Of a DNA stretch of 64,000 nt, positions 22,671 through 34,550 are shown piece after piece. The notes below the pieces were generated by a model. That model saw only the letters and a list, made by a program, of their open reading frames with translations. It was not told the origin of the DNA and made no database searches. The first letter of the stretch is position 1. Every line of letters starts with the position of its first letter. Made by a program: the position numbers and the translations under genes. Source of the stretch: Macrostomum lignano (Eukaryota); the NCBI GenBank assembly GCA_002269645.1, contig NIVC01000016.1, forward strand, positions 372,001 through 436,000, read 5' to 3'.

Positions 22671-23435
22671 ATGAAAGTTACCATCATCGAAGGCGGCCGG
22701 CCTCGACGCCACCAGAACCAACCCCGTAGAAGTAAGTATCGTACATATTGTTACTACTTTTTCATTTCACCTCTCTAGAAGTGTAGTGTAGAGTTTTATA
22801 AATACTGAACACTTACACAAACTTTCTTCTTTCTTGTTAACTCTTAGAAGCAAAAAACCCGTAGAGTTTTAAATACACAACGCGTACACACATTTGCTTC
22901 CTCTCTTTCTTCACTCTTTGAAGCAAACAAACCAATAGTACGAATCAATCTTAGTCGAACTATATATTGAATTTAATTCTGGGCTAAAGTATAAATCAAA
23001 CACGATTGTGTTAAATTAAAAAACTGACAATCACTATACACGCCTTCTTTCACAGAAATCGAATGCTACTTCTGCGAGGAAAACCACAGAGTGTCTCGCT
23101 GCGAGGCAGTGAAACAATACTACGCCCAACAGCGGCAGGAGCAGCAGGCACAGCAGCAGCAGGCACAGCAGCAGCAGGCACAGCAGCAGCAGGCACAGCA
23201 ACAGCAGCAGCAGCAACAAAACCACCAGCAGGCGCAGCAGCAGGAGAAGCAGCAGCAGCAGCAGCAGCGACAGCAGCAGCACAAGCGAGCGCCTTCTGGC
23301 CCTCCTTCGCAGGTTGGGGCGCCTCTGAGCGCCCTCCCCTCAGCTGCCAGCGGCAGCGTTGTGGGGCGGTGGAAGAAAAGAAAAGAAAAGAAGCAGCGAC
23401 AGCAGCAGCAGCGACAGCAGCAGCACAAGCAATAA
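22671..23435 (+). CDS. Small two-exon gene (22671-22731, 23056-23435): zinc knuckle CX2CX3HX4C followed by poly-Q tract and basic tail
   Basis: TATA-like tataaata at ~22588, ATG at 22671, donor a|gtaagt and acceptor ttcacag|aa. The spliced reading is MKVTIIEGGRPRRHQNQPRRKIECYFCEENHRVSRCEAVKQYYAQQRQEQQAQQ... Confidence 0.6.
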
Positions 23436-23939
23436 TAGCATAGCATCCACCACAGTTGCAATCTAAAATAAACATTTGCTGCCAGAAATTGCTGCCTTTT
23501 TTGAAATTTGCTGAACAGTGTGCTTTCTGAACTTTCTCTTTTGAATTAGTGTAGAGGCGCAGTCATTGGCGGAAACTATATAGAACAAATTAAATCTTAC
23601 TACATGTACTTACAGTAAAACACTGCAACCTGGAACTACCATATTGATGACGCACACAAACCTGTACATTTAAAGTAATTTAACTAACCAAAATATCAGA
23701 ATGGCTGACAATAAATATACAGTAAACTTTTCCGCTTAAACTTCACACAAAGCAATTTTTAAAAATTATACAGTGTCCCAAAAATTAGGTACGTAATAAG
23801 AGAGCAGTTCCGATTGATTAATCCTTTTCTCTGCGTATTCAGACAAAAAACAAGAAACTCTATTACAAACAATTTTTGTAGGACCTAATTGCATCTTTCG
23901 ACTTGATTAAAAGAATCGCTGCTTCGAAAGTAGTAGAAT

Positions 23940-23990
23940 CACTACTACTACTACCTACTTACTACTACTACTACTACTACTACTACTATG
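23940..23990. repeat. (TAC)n microsatellite
   Basis: actactactactacc...tactactactatg. Confidence 0.85.
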
Positions 23991-24210
23991 TCATGTTATG
24001 TTTATTACATTATTATGACTCATCAATTTGTTAGGCAAGTCAGTACCAGTCTCTATTAAAGTGAACAATATGGCTACGAAATCAAGTATTGTGCTATGCT
24101 TCCACACTCAACGCTGTTAATTTATTTACTCTGTATTTACAATTCCAAAAAGTCATAAAAGAATAAGAATCGAGATGTTTCTGCAGAAGGCCTCGGCAAC
24201 AAGAATGCAT

Positions 24211-24470
24211 CTTAGAATGCACTGTAGAAGAGATTCTTAGAATGCACTGTAGAAGAGATTCTTAGAATGCACTGTAGAAGGGATTCTTAGAATACAAAGT
24301 AGAAGAGATTCTTAGAATAGAAAATAGAAGACATTCTTAGAATACAAAGTAGAAGAGATTCTTAGAATACAAAGTAGAAGAGATCCTTTGAATGCAAAGT
24401 AGAAGACATTCTTTGAATACAAAGTAGAAGAGATTCTTAGAATACAAAGTAGAAGAGATTCTTAGAATAG
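24211..24470. repeat. 25-bp minisatellite (cttagaat(g/a)ca(ct/aa)gtagaagagatt)
   Basis: About 10 copies with period 25 (24211, 24236...). Confidence 0.9.
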
Positions 24471-24479
24471 ATTTATATA

Positions 24480-24997
24480 TTCAACATTCACACCAAGTCA
24501 ATTGAGTTAAAGTCACACGAAGCAGTTATGACATAATCAATTTCTTAGGCAAGTCAGTACCAGTCTCTATTAAAGTTAGCAATATGGTTACGCAATATAA
24601 ATCAAGTGTTGTGCTATGCTTCCACACTGCGTTTTCAATACTGTGACGCAATTCAATTCAGTGTCAAAATTCAGCCAGTACACAGACGATAAATAAAAAG
24701 CCTATTGTGATGATGCAATCGATTTCAGAATCAGAATTCAACCAGTCAGTTTTTTCTCTAGCATTCTTACAATGCATTTCAAGTCGAAAGTTTGCTTGAC
24801 CTTTGCAAAAAAGCATGTTTTTCGAATATTTAATCCCTTTAGCATTTAGCAATTTCTTAGCCAAGATACATGTACCGTCCCGGGAAAATTTCTGATCGAA
24901 TGGTGCAAGTTTGAACAAAATCGGTTGAGCCATTCGGGAGATAATCGATTGCGCACAAGCAAACATACATACAAACAACTCATTTTTAGTATATGGA
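24480..24997 (-). mobile_element. Diverged copy of the Helitron 5' module
   Basis: Minus strand starts TCCATATACTAAAAATG at 24997. It is clearly homologous to 5090-5554 (e.g. tcagaatcagaattcaaccagtcagttttttctctagcattcttacaatgcatttcaagtc). Confidence 0.8.
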
Positions 24998-25494
24998 CTA
25001 AAATGACACCATTTAGGGGGGCATTAAAATGACACCAAGTGGTTTTGATTTTGGCCCAACAGTAAACCATTAATTTCCCTTTCCATTAATCAAAAATTAC
25101 TTTTTCTCATTCTGAAAAAAATAAATTGCCATGAATCAAAGCTTTCACCAGCAAAAAAGTTTCCTTAATCAGCCCAAAACCCGTTTTCAATCAGCAAATA
25201 GTGCTTATCTTTTCAAGCACAAACTCTTAGAGCATATCGTCATTGGCCTGGGCATATTTTGGTCCGCAGCAGGAGCTCAATATGCAAATCCCTGACGGCC
25301 TTTGACACCCCTCTTTATTAGCCTAACTCAAAGAATCAAACCTTTAATAAATACGCTGGTATTTCCTATCAGCAGAATTCAGCATCACTTGTGTGTACTA
25401 TTTCATTATCTGAATTAAATGAGCTACTTGAGCTGTACTACTTGACGATCTGACAATCGAACAACAAACCTAACCCCCTCCCCCCAAAAATTCA

Positions 25495-26050
25495 GCCATC
25501 CCCATGAGCCTTGACATCTCAGAAATTCCCCCAGTAGGCCTTGACATCTCAGAAATTCCCTCAGTAAGCATCGACATCGCAGCAATTAAACTCGAGCCTT
25601 GACATCTACGCAATTCTCTCAGGCCAGTAAGCCTTGACATCTACGCAATTCTCCCAGGCCAGTAAGCCTTGACATCTCAGCAATTCCCCGAGTAAGCCTT
25701 GAAATCTCAGAAATTCCCACAGTAAGCCTTGAAATCTCAGCAATTCCCCTAGTAAGCCTTGAAATCTCAGAAATTCCCACAGTAAGCCTTGACATCTCAG
25801 CAATTACCCCAGTAAGCCTTGACATCTCAGCAATCCCCCAGTAAGCCTTGACATCTCAGCAATCCCACAGTAAGCCTTGACATCTCAGCAATTCCTCTAA
25901 GAAGCTTTGACATCTCAAGAATTTTCCCAGTAAGCCTTGACATCTGAGCAATTCCCATGAGCCTTGAAATCTCAGAAATTACCCCAAAAAAGCCATGACA
26001 TCTCAGCAATTCAACCAATAAGCCTTGACATCTCAGCAATTCCTGAGATG
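25495..26050. repeat. ~29-30-bp minisatellite (agtaagccttgacatctcagcaattcccc)
   Basis: About 18 tandem units. The same core motif occurs dispersed in the Helitron 3' modules (e.g. ~1770-1800). Confidence 0.88.
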
Positions 26051-27240
26051 TCTCCACAACAACCTGAAATTATCCCTTCAAATCCCAAAAAACAGACTGC
26101 AGTCATACTCTAGCGGCATAGAATTGTCCCCACAGCAAACAATAATTTACTCAGCAGTCCACAGTAGTCCACAGTTACCACCTGAGCAGTTTGCAGCTAT
26201 ACGCTCATAAGTCTGGAGCAAAGACAAAAAGAGCAAAGAATATGGTCTGGAGGAGCTCCGTCTGCACATCTCACATCTTTAAATCTATGAAATGATCCTC
26301 CAGACCAGACAATATGATCTATATGTCTGGAGGGACTACCTTAGCAGTTTGCAGTTTGTCCCCTTTGCAGTCTGCAATGATCCTTTTGACAATCTGCAGT
26401 TCTTCTGTCGGCCGGCTCCTCAGTCTCCTGCTTAGCAAACTGCAATGATATTTTCAACAATAAAAAATTGCTAACAGTTTAGTAACGACTCATCAATCAA
26501 TTTTCGATACATATCGGCAGTTTTTTGCACAAATCAGCATTAAGCAATACCTTCATTCCTAAATAGCAAGCATCCCCCAAAAGAAAGCAATCGCAGCATC
26601 TCCCCCCGTCAACCTTGTAATCTCAGCACTTCCCCCCATAAGCCTTTGAAACCTCAATTCAAGCGATTCGTCCAGTAAGCCATGGCATATCAGCAATTCC
26701 CCATGGGCTTTTAAAGTCAAAAATTGCCCCAAAAAGCCATGACATCGCAGCAATTCCTGATATATGCCCACAACAACCTGAAATTATCTCTTCTAATCCC
26801 ACAAAATAGACTGCAGTCATTATCTTAGCAGCCTGGAGTTATCCCCTTGCAGTCTATAACTTTCATTAACATCAAGCATTTATCCCCTCAGCAGCCTAGA
26901 ACTGTCCCGTCAGCAAACCACAATAATTCACTCAGCAGTCCACAGTAATCCCCTAAACAACCTGCACTTAATCACTTAAACTGTACAGTTTTGAAACTGA
27001 TGTCTTGCTATCCTATCTTCTCTGAGAGTTGTCTTGCTCAGAAGTCTATCAATCCTCCAAGCAGCCCCCCTCAGCAGTTTTCAGTTTGTCCCCTTTGCAG
27101 TCTGCAGTTCTCCTCTCGGCCGGCTCCTCAGTATCCTTAGCAAACTGAAATAAAGGATCCTTTTAAGAATCTGATTTTTTTCTCAGCATTTATTACGGTT
27201 CACTAATAAATTTTCGATACATATCGGCAATTTTTTTCAC
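26040..27240. repeat. Imperfect ~710-bp tandem duplication
   Basis: cacaacaacctgaaattatc...agactgcagtcat occurs at ~26055 and ~26768. The motifs ttagcagtttgcagtttgtcccctttgcagtctgca and ttttcgatacatatcggca are also paired. Confidence 0.6.
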
Positions 27241-27481
27241 AATTCAGCCTTCATTTTAACAATAAATTTAGCAGTTTAGCAATTTGATACTTTCATGGAG
27301 CTAGGCAATACCCATTGATGCGATGAGTAATACGCGAAGCAGTTTTTTACAAATCAAATTTGCTTAGTAAATTAGCAAAATTTTTTCATTAAGTGTGCCT
27401 TGTGAATTCAACAAAAATATTCCTATTAGTTGAGCCCGAAGTTATATATAAATGAATAAATAAATTTAATTTTAATCATCC

Positions 27482-27561
27482 GCCGAGGAGTCAGACTCGA
27501 ACCTTGGACCTTACGCCTAGCCTAAACCTAGTCCTAGTGCCTACACTGCGGCTATTCCGCC
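27482..27561 (-). mobile_element. tRNA-like sequence (tRNA pseudogene or SINE head)
   Basis: A-box-like TAGCCGCAGTGTAGG and B-box GGTTCGAGTC with correct spacing on the minus strand. No clean anticodon arm is evident. Confidence 0.5.
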
Positions 27562-27594
27562 TACTGATGGGAGGGCGCAAAAATCAGCTATATA

Positions 27595-30500
27595 CTAGCA
27601 ATCTACGCCCCCCCGTTGGGGAGCCAAAGAAATGCAATACATATTTTTTTAATAAGCTACATGTATTCTTGAAATCTTAAAAAATCTCCTGTCAAACCTT
27701 GTAACCCTTGACATGTCAGTAATTCCCCCCCCCCCCTACAAGCTTTAACATATCAACTTCCCCCCTTGACATCTCAGCAATGCCCCCAATAAGCCTTGGA
27801 AATCTAAAAATATCTGTCAACCTTCTAACCCTAACCCTAGCCTAACCCCTAACCCTAACCCTAACCCTAACCCTAACCCTAACCTAACCCTAAAGCATTG
27901 AAATTTCAGTAATTCTCTCTAAGAGTCATTATAGCACTACTACAGCATTATAGCGATTCCCTGCAAGCCTCGACATCGTAGGGATTCCCAAATGAATCTC
28001 TTAACTTCGACATGAAGCTTCTTTTATTTTTTTACATTACGCTTTTTTAATCAGCGATCACTCCCCTGAGGAGGCATCAAATAATGTAATAAAAAGTTTT
28101 CAATAAACTACATGTAGCTTCTGACTTTAGCCTTGAAATCTCATTTATACCCCCGTGAGCCTTGACATCTCAGCTATTCCCCCCGTAAGCCTTGACATGT
28201 CAGCGATGGCGCCCATAAACCTTGAAATCTGAAAAATCCCCTGCTAACCTTGAAACCTGATAAAATGTAACCCTCAACCCACACCTGACCTAAACCTAAC
28301 TTTAACCCAACATAAAGCCTTGAAATCTCAGCAATTCTTCTCCCCTAAGCCTTGACATTTTAGTGATTCCTTCTTTAAGAATCACAGCACTATAACGATT
28401 TCCACCTAGCTTTGACATCGTAGCAATTCCCAAATGAATCTTTTAACTTCGACATGACTTTTCTTTTATGTATACATAGTGCTACTTTTATTTTTTACAT
28501 GACTCTTCTTCTATCAGTGCCCCCCCCGTGGCGAGCCAACAAAGAATGCAATAAAAAAATTGAGTAAAGTACATGAACTTTGAATTAGCTTCTGACTTTT
28601 GCTTTGACATCTCAGAACCCCCCCCCGTAATCTCAGTTATTCTCTGAGAGCCTTGACGTCTCAGTTTTTCTCCCCAGCACAGCATTATAGCTGGATTTAA
28701 TTTTTCCATGACACCCTTCATGTCTGACATGACGCTTCTTTTCTTCTACCATGATGCTTCTTAATTTTTTAAATGACACTTTCATTAGTTTTCAAATGAC
28801 GCTTCTATGATTTTTTCATGACGCTTCTATGATTTTAACATGACGCTTCTATGATTTTTTCATGACGCTTCTATGATTGTTTACATGACGCTTCTATGAT
28901 TTTTTACATGACGCTTCTATGATTTATTACATGACGCTTCTATGATTGTTTACATCACGCTTCTATGATTGTTTACATGACGCTTCTATGATTTTTTAAA
29001 TGACGCTTCTACGATTTTTATATGACGCTTCTACGATTTTTTACATGACGCTTCTATGATTGTTAACATGACGCTTCTATGATTTTTTAAATGACGCTTC
29101 TATGATTTTTTACATGACGCTTCTATGATTGTTTACATGACGCTTTTATGATTTTTTACATGACGCTTCTATGATTGTTTACATGACGCTTCTATGATTT
29201 TTACATGACGCTTCTATGATTGTTTACATGACGCTTCTATGATTCATTACATGACGCTTCTATGATTTATTACATGACGCTTCTATGATTGTTTACATGA
29301 CGCTTCTATGATTTTTTACATGACGCTTCTATGATTGTTTACATGACGCTTCTATGATTTTTATATGACGCTTCTACGATTTTTTTACATGACGCTTTTA
29401 TGATTTTTTACATGACGCTTCTATGATTCATTACATGACGCTTCTATGATTTTTAGATGACGCTTCTATGATTCATTACATGACGCTTCTATGATTGTTT
29501 ACATGACGCTTCTATGATTGTTTACATGACGCTTCTATGATTGTTTACATGACGCTTTTATGATTTTTACATGACGCTTCTATGATTGTTTACATGACGC
29601 TTCTATGATTTTTATATGACGCTTCTACGATTTTTTTACATGACGCTTTTATGATTTTTTACATGACGCTTCTATGATTCATTACATGACGCTTCTATGA
29701 TTTTTAGATGACGCTTCTATGATTCATTACATGACGCTTCTATGATTGTTTACATGACGCTTCTATGATTGTTTACATGACGCTTCTATGATTGTTTACA
29801 TGACGCTTTTATGATTTTTACATGACGCTTCTATGATTGTTTACATGACGCTTCTATGATTTTTATATGACGCTTCTACGATTTTTTTACATGACGCTTT
29901 TATGATTTTTTACATGACGCTTCTATGATTCATTACATGACGCTTCTATGATTTTTAGATGACGCTTCTATGATTCATTACATGACGCTTCTATGATTGT
30001 TTACATGACGCTTCTATGATTGTTTACATGACGCTTCTATGATTGTTTACATGACGCTTTTATGATTTTTACATGACGCTTCTATGATTGTTTACATGAC
30101 GCTTCTATGATTTTTAGATGACGCTTCTATGATTTTTTACATGACGCTTCTATGATTGTTTACATGACGCTTCTATGATTGTTTATATGACGCTTCTATG
30201 ATTGTTTACATGACGCTTCTATGATTTTTACATGACGCTTCTATGATTTTTTAAATGACGCTTCTATGATTTTTTACATGACGCTTCTATGATTGTTTAT
30301 ATGACGCTTCTATGATTTTTTAAATGACGCTTCTGTGATTGTTTACATGACGCTTCTATGATTGTTTACATGACGCTTCTGTGATTTTTACATGACGCTT
30401 CTATGATTGTTTACATGACGCTTCTATGATTCATTACATGACGCTTCTATCATTTTTTAAAATGACGCTTCTATGATTGTTTACATGACGCTTCTATGAT

Positions 30501-32929
30501 TGTTTACATGACGCTTCTATGATTTATTACATGACGCTTCTATGATTGTTTACATGACGCTTCTATGATTTTTTAAATGACGCTTCTACGATTTTTATAT
30601 GACGCTTCTACGATTTTTTACATGACGCTTCTATGATTGTTAACATGACGCTTCTATGATTTTTTAAATGACGCTTCTATGATTTTTTACATGACGCTTC
30701 TATGATTGTTTACATGACGCTTTTATGATTTTTTACATGACGCTTCTATGATTGTTTACATGACGCTTCTATGATTTTTACATGACGCTTCTATGATTGT
30801 TTACATGACGCTTCTATGATTCATTACATGACGCTTCTATGATTTATTACATGACGCTTCTATGATTGTTTACATGACGCTTCTATGATTTTTTACATGA
30901 CGCTTCTATGATTGTTTACATGACGCTTCTATGATTTTTAAATGACGCTTCTACGATTTTTTTACATGACGCTTTTATGATTTTTTACATGACGCTTCTA
31001 TGATTCATTACATGACGCTTCTATGATTTTTAGATGACGCTTCTATGATTCATTACATGACGCTTCTATGATTGTTTACATGACGCTTCTATGATTGTTT
31101 ACATGACGCTTCTATGATTGTTTACATGACGCTTTTATGATTTTTACATGACGCTTCTATGATTGTTTACATGACGCTTCTATGATTTTTATATGACGCT
31201 TCTACGATTTTTTTACATGACGCTTTTATGATTTTTACATGACGCTTCTATGATTCATTACATGACGCTTCTATGATTTTTAGATGACGCTTCTATGATT
31301 CATTACATGACGCTTCTATGATTGTTTACATGACGCTTCTATGATTGTTTACATGACGCTTCTATGATTGTTTACATGACGCTTTTATGATTTTTACATG
31401 ACGCTTCTATGATTGTTTACATGACGCTTCTATGATTTTTATATGACGCTTCTACGATTTTTTTACATGACGCTTTTATGATTTTTTACATGACGCTTCT
31501 ATGATTCATTACATGACGCTTCTATGATTGTTTACATGACGCTTCTATGATTGTTTACATGACGCTTTTATGATTGTTTACATGACGCTTTTATGATTTT
31601 TACATGACGCTTCTATGATTGTTTACATGACGCTTCTATGATTTTTAGATGACGCTTCTATGATTTTTTACATGACGCTTCTATGATTGTTTACATGACG
31701 CTTCTATGATTCTTTATATGACGCTTCTATGATTGTTTACATGACGCTTCTATGATTTTTACATGACGCTTCTATGATTTTTTAAATGACGCTTCTATGA
31801 TTTTTTACATGACGCTTCTATGATTTTTATATGACGCTTCTATGATTTTTTAAATGACGCTTCTATGATTGTTTACATGACGCTTCTATGATTGTTTACA
31901 TGACGCTTCTATGATTTTTAAATGACGCTTCTATGATTGTTTACATGACGCTTCTATGATTCATTACATGACGCTTCTATCATTTTTTAAAATGACGCTT
32001 TTATGATTTTTTACATGACGCTTCTATGACTGTTTACATGACGCTTCTATGATTGTTTACATGACGCTTCTATGATTCATTACATGACGCTTCTATGATT
32101 GTTTACATGACGCTTCTATGATTGTTTACATGACGTTTCTATGATTTTTTAAATGACGCTTCTACGATTTTTATATGACGCTTCTACGATTTTTTACATG
32201 ACGCTTTTATGATTGTTTACATGACGCTTCTATGATTTTTTAAATGACGCTTCTACGATTTTTATATGACGCTTCTATGATTCATTACATGACGCTTCTT
32301 TTTAAAAAGTCTTTTAGTTTTCCTGACGTTGAAAAGCTTTAATTAAAAAAATTATACTCTATGAAAATTCGAATCATCGTCGCTGCATTTAGCAGTTCAG
32401 TTTGTTCACCTCTAGGCTAGCTCTCGTCGTTTTGATAACATCAAATTTTGCACTTATATAATTCAACACTTTAAAATCCAAGCATAGAGTAAATCACACG
32501 AAGCAGTTATGACATAATCAGTTTCTCAGTCAGTCAGTATCAGTTAACAATATGGTTACGCAATTTAAATCAAGTCTGGTGCTACGCTTCCACACTGCAT
32601 TTTCAATTCAAGTCGGAGTTACAATTCAGTTATGATGCAATCTATTTCAGAATTAGAATTCAACCAGTCAGTTTTTTCTCTAGCATTCTTACAATGCATT
32701 TCAAGTCAAAAAGTTTGCTTGACCTTTGCAAAAAAGCATGTTTTTCGAATATTTAATGCCTTTAGCATCGAGCAATTTCTTAGCCACGATGCATGTACAG
32801 TCACGGGAAAATTTCTAATCGAACAGTGCAAGTTCGAACAAAATCGGTCCAGCCATTTTTTCTCTAATCGATCACATAGATAGATAGATAGATAGATAGA
32901 CACAGACAGACCATTTTTAGTATATAGGA
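27595..32929 (-). mobile_element. Non-autonomous Helitron copy 3 (complete)
   Basis: A|TCCTATATACTAAAAATGG at 32929 and hairpin-CTAG|T at 27595; the empty site reads ...ctatata|tgcttc... It has a (CCCTAA)n block at 27825-27893 and the same modules as copy 2. Confidence 0.88.
28720..32298. repeat. 23-bp satellite array with higher-order repeats
   Basis: ~3.5 kb of monomers. A 251-bp higher-order period is visible (marker at 29361, 29612, 29863), plus a ~1.55-kb duplication. Confidence 0.97.
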
Positions 32930-33369
32930 TGCTTCTGCACTGCAGTCAAATACATAGCAGTGATAGGCTGCTCAGTGTGCACAGGTTGTGTGCAGGCAGA
33001 GCCAATGCACAAATAAGTGAAATCTATAAATAGCAATTGTCTATGCAGTCCACCCGTCAGCCAGGGTCAGAATGTACACACGCAGCCACTGAGCATTATT
33101 TTCCTCTCCCTTATTGCAGCCAGTATTGAGGCGTACACAGTAAACAGAGAAAATTTGTGGCAAATTTAATACATTTATCATTGAAGCAAATTAAAGAAAT
33201 TTTATCGGTACAATGGCCGGACAATTTGCAATGTTTTGCAGAAAACGCGGTTAAAAATGGTTGAGGCATTCAATTTGTAGAGTGAAATTCCACAGACAGA
33301 CAGACAGACAGACTTTAGAGATTTAGTATAGGTGGAGGATGGACTGTAGGTGGAGGATGGACTGTAGCT

Positions 33370-34030
33370 GCATTAAAAATCGTATGTCATGTGGATACTG
33401 CCGCTTTTGTTGCCAAAGTGGTAGATTTTTGGAAGATTGTAAATGTCAAAACATCAGATCCTCACGCGATGCTGCTAATTTAAACTTTCTACTCAACTTT
33501 GCCTCCATGATTGGTCGAATAGCAGGTCGACGTGGTCCCTGCCGCCCGCGTTCCTTGACTATAGAGACTCAGAGAGCTGTTATCCAAACAGCGAGGGGTC
33601 TCGTTGAGATGTCGCAGTATCTACTATCTCACTTGTAGGTACGAATAATACGAGCTATCAGGTATTAATTAGTTTAATTGAGGTTGTATATCACTAAATA
33701 TTCATGCTATACAGCTATTTTCCTTATCCTTTTCAGGTGACTTTCAATCGGATCGGCTGGAGAAGGAATTCTCTATCTACAGGCAAGGCCATGGAGGTTG
33801 CTATTTCGTATCCGTAGAAAAAATACTTATGAGTGCTCGCCTTCGTCGCATGCAAGTGTACGCACGCCGTAAGGAGGATGCTCCAGAACAGGAGCGATCT
33901 GACTGTTGCGACAATGAATCGTCTGAGGCTGAGCTGTTACAACTGGATGGCCTGTGCCAATATGGAATGCATTTCGGAGAGAGTGACGTTGTACTACGTG
34001 GTGCGCAAAGAAGACATTGTTGATGACCTA
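33370..34030 (+). pseudogene. P-element-superfamily (THAP9-like) transposase remnant, C-terminal half
   Basis: DTAAFVAKVVDFWKIVNVK, LTIETQRAVIQTARGLVEMSQYLL and GDFQSDRLEKEFSIYRQGHGGCYFVSV. Frameshifted, with a probable intron at ~33638-33738. Confidence 0.7.
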
Positions 34031-34254
34031 TAGTGTGAGGTTTCCGATGACTGCGCAATTGGCAGCTTGCGTCTTTGTGCTATCCCCTCTTTTTAATAGC
34101 AAAGCTGACTTGTGTCAATCGTACAGGAAAGTTTTTTCCCTTTTCTTCAATTCATATATGGTCGCAGCGGTGTAGAGGTGGTTAAACTGACAGCAGAGTG
34201 CTAGGAAGCAATCATTCTGCTTCACTGCTAGCTGTGGACTTTTGGCTCCTACTT

Positions 34255-34550
34255 CCATCGCATTAGGAACCAGTTTCGCACAATTAAGCTTCTCAAGTTG
34301 ACGCTGCAGCCTGGCCACAATGGACTGCACGTCAACTTTTCGGATAATTACGCCGCGAAATACAGCAGTAGTGCAGTCAGTGAACTTTGGCGATCAGGAC
34401 AGTATCGTCCTGCATCAGGAAGTTGGCTACGTCAACGGTTGGAAGCCGACTGCCTTTATTACTGTTTCAGGCGCCTTGAGGTCTGAGGCTAAGACTGCCG
34501 ATGCAATTGCCGCACGTCTCAAGCCCGTACTAGTTTTTTTCTGGTCGAGT
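34255..34550 (+). pseudogene. Fragment of a DDE-type DNA transposase (superfamily uncertain)
   Basis: Across a frameshift it reads LHVNFSDNYAAKY...VQSVNFG...IVLHQEVGY...FITVS...AIAARLKPVL. This resembles the DFxENY..QS..TLH motif of invertebrate DNA transposases. Confidence 0.4.

Noticed and set aside
23034-23475. Poly-Leu, poly-Ala and poly-Cys ORFs
   Set aside because: They are alternative frames of the (CAG)-rich tract. Only the poly-Q frame joins a spliced Zn knuckle.
25606-26057. Repetitive peptide ORFs (LLRCQGLL / EMSRLTG)
   Set aside because: They are translations of the ~30-bp minisatellite.
33285-33335. (CAGA)n plus tttagtatagg as another complete Helitron
   Set aside because: It resembles a minus-strand Helitron 5' end, but no matching 3' hairpin-CTAG was found.
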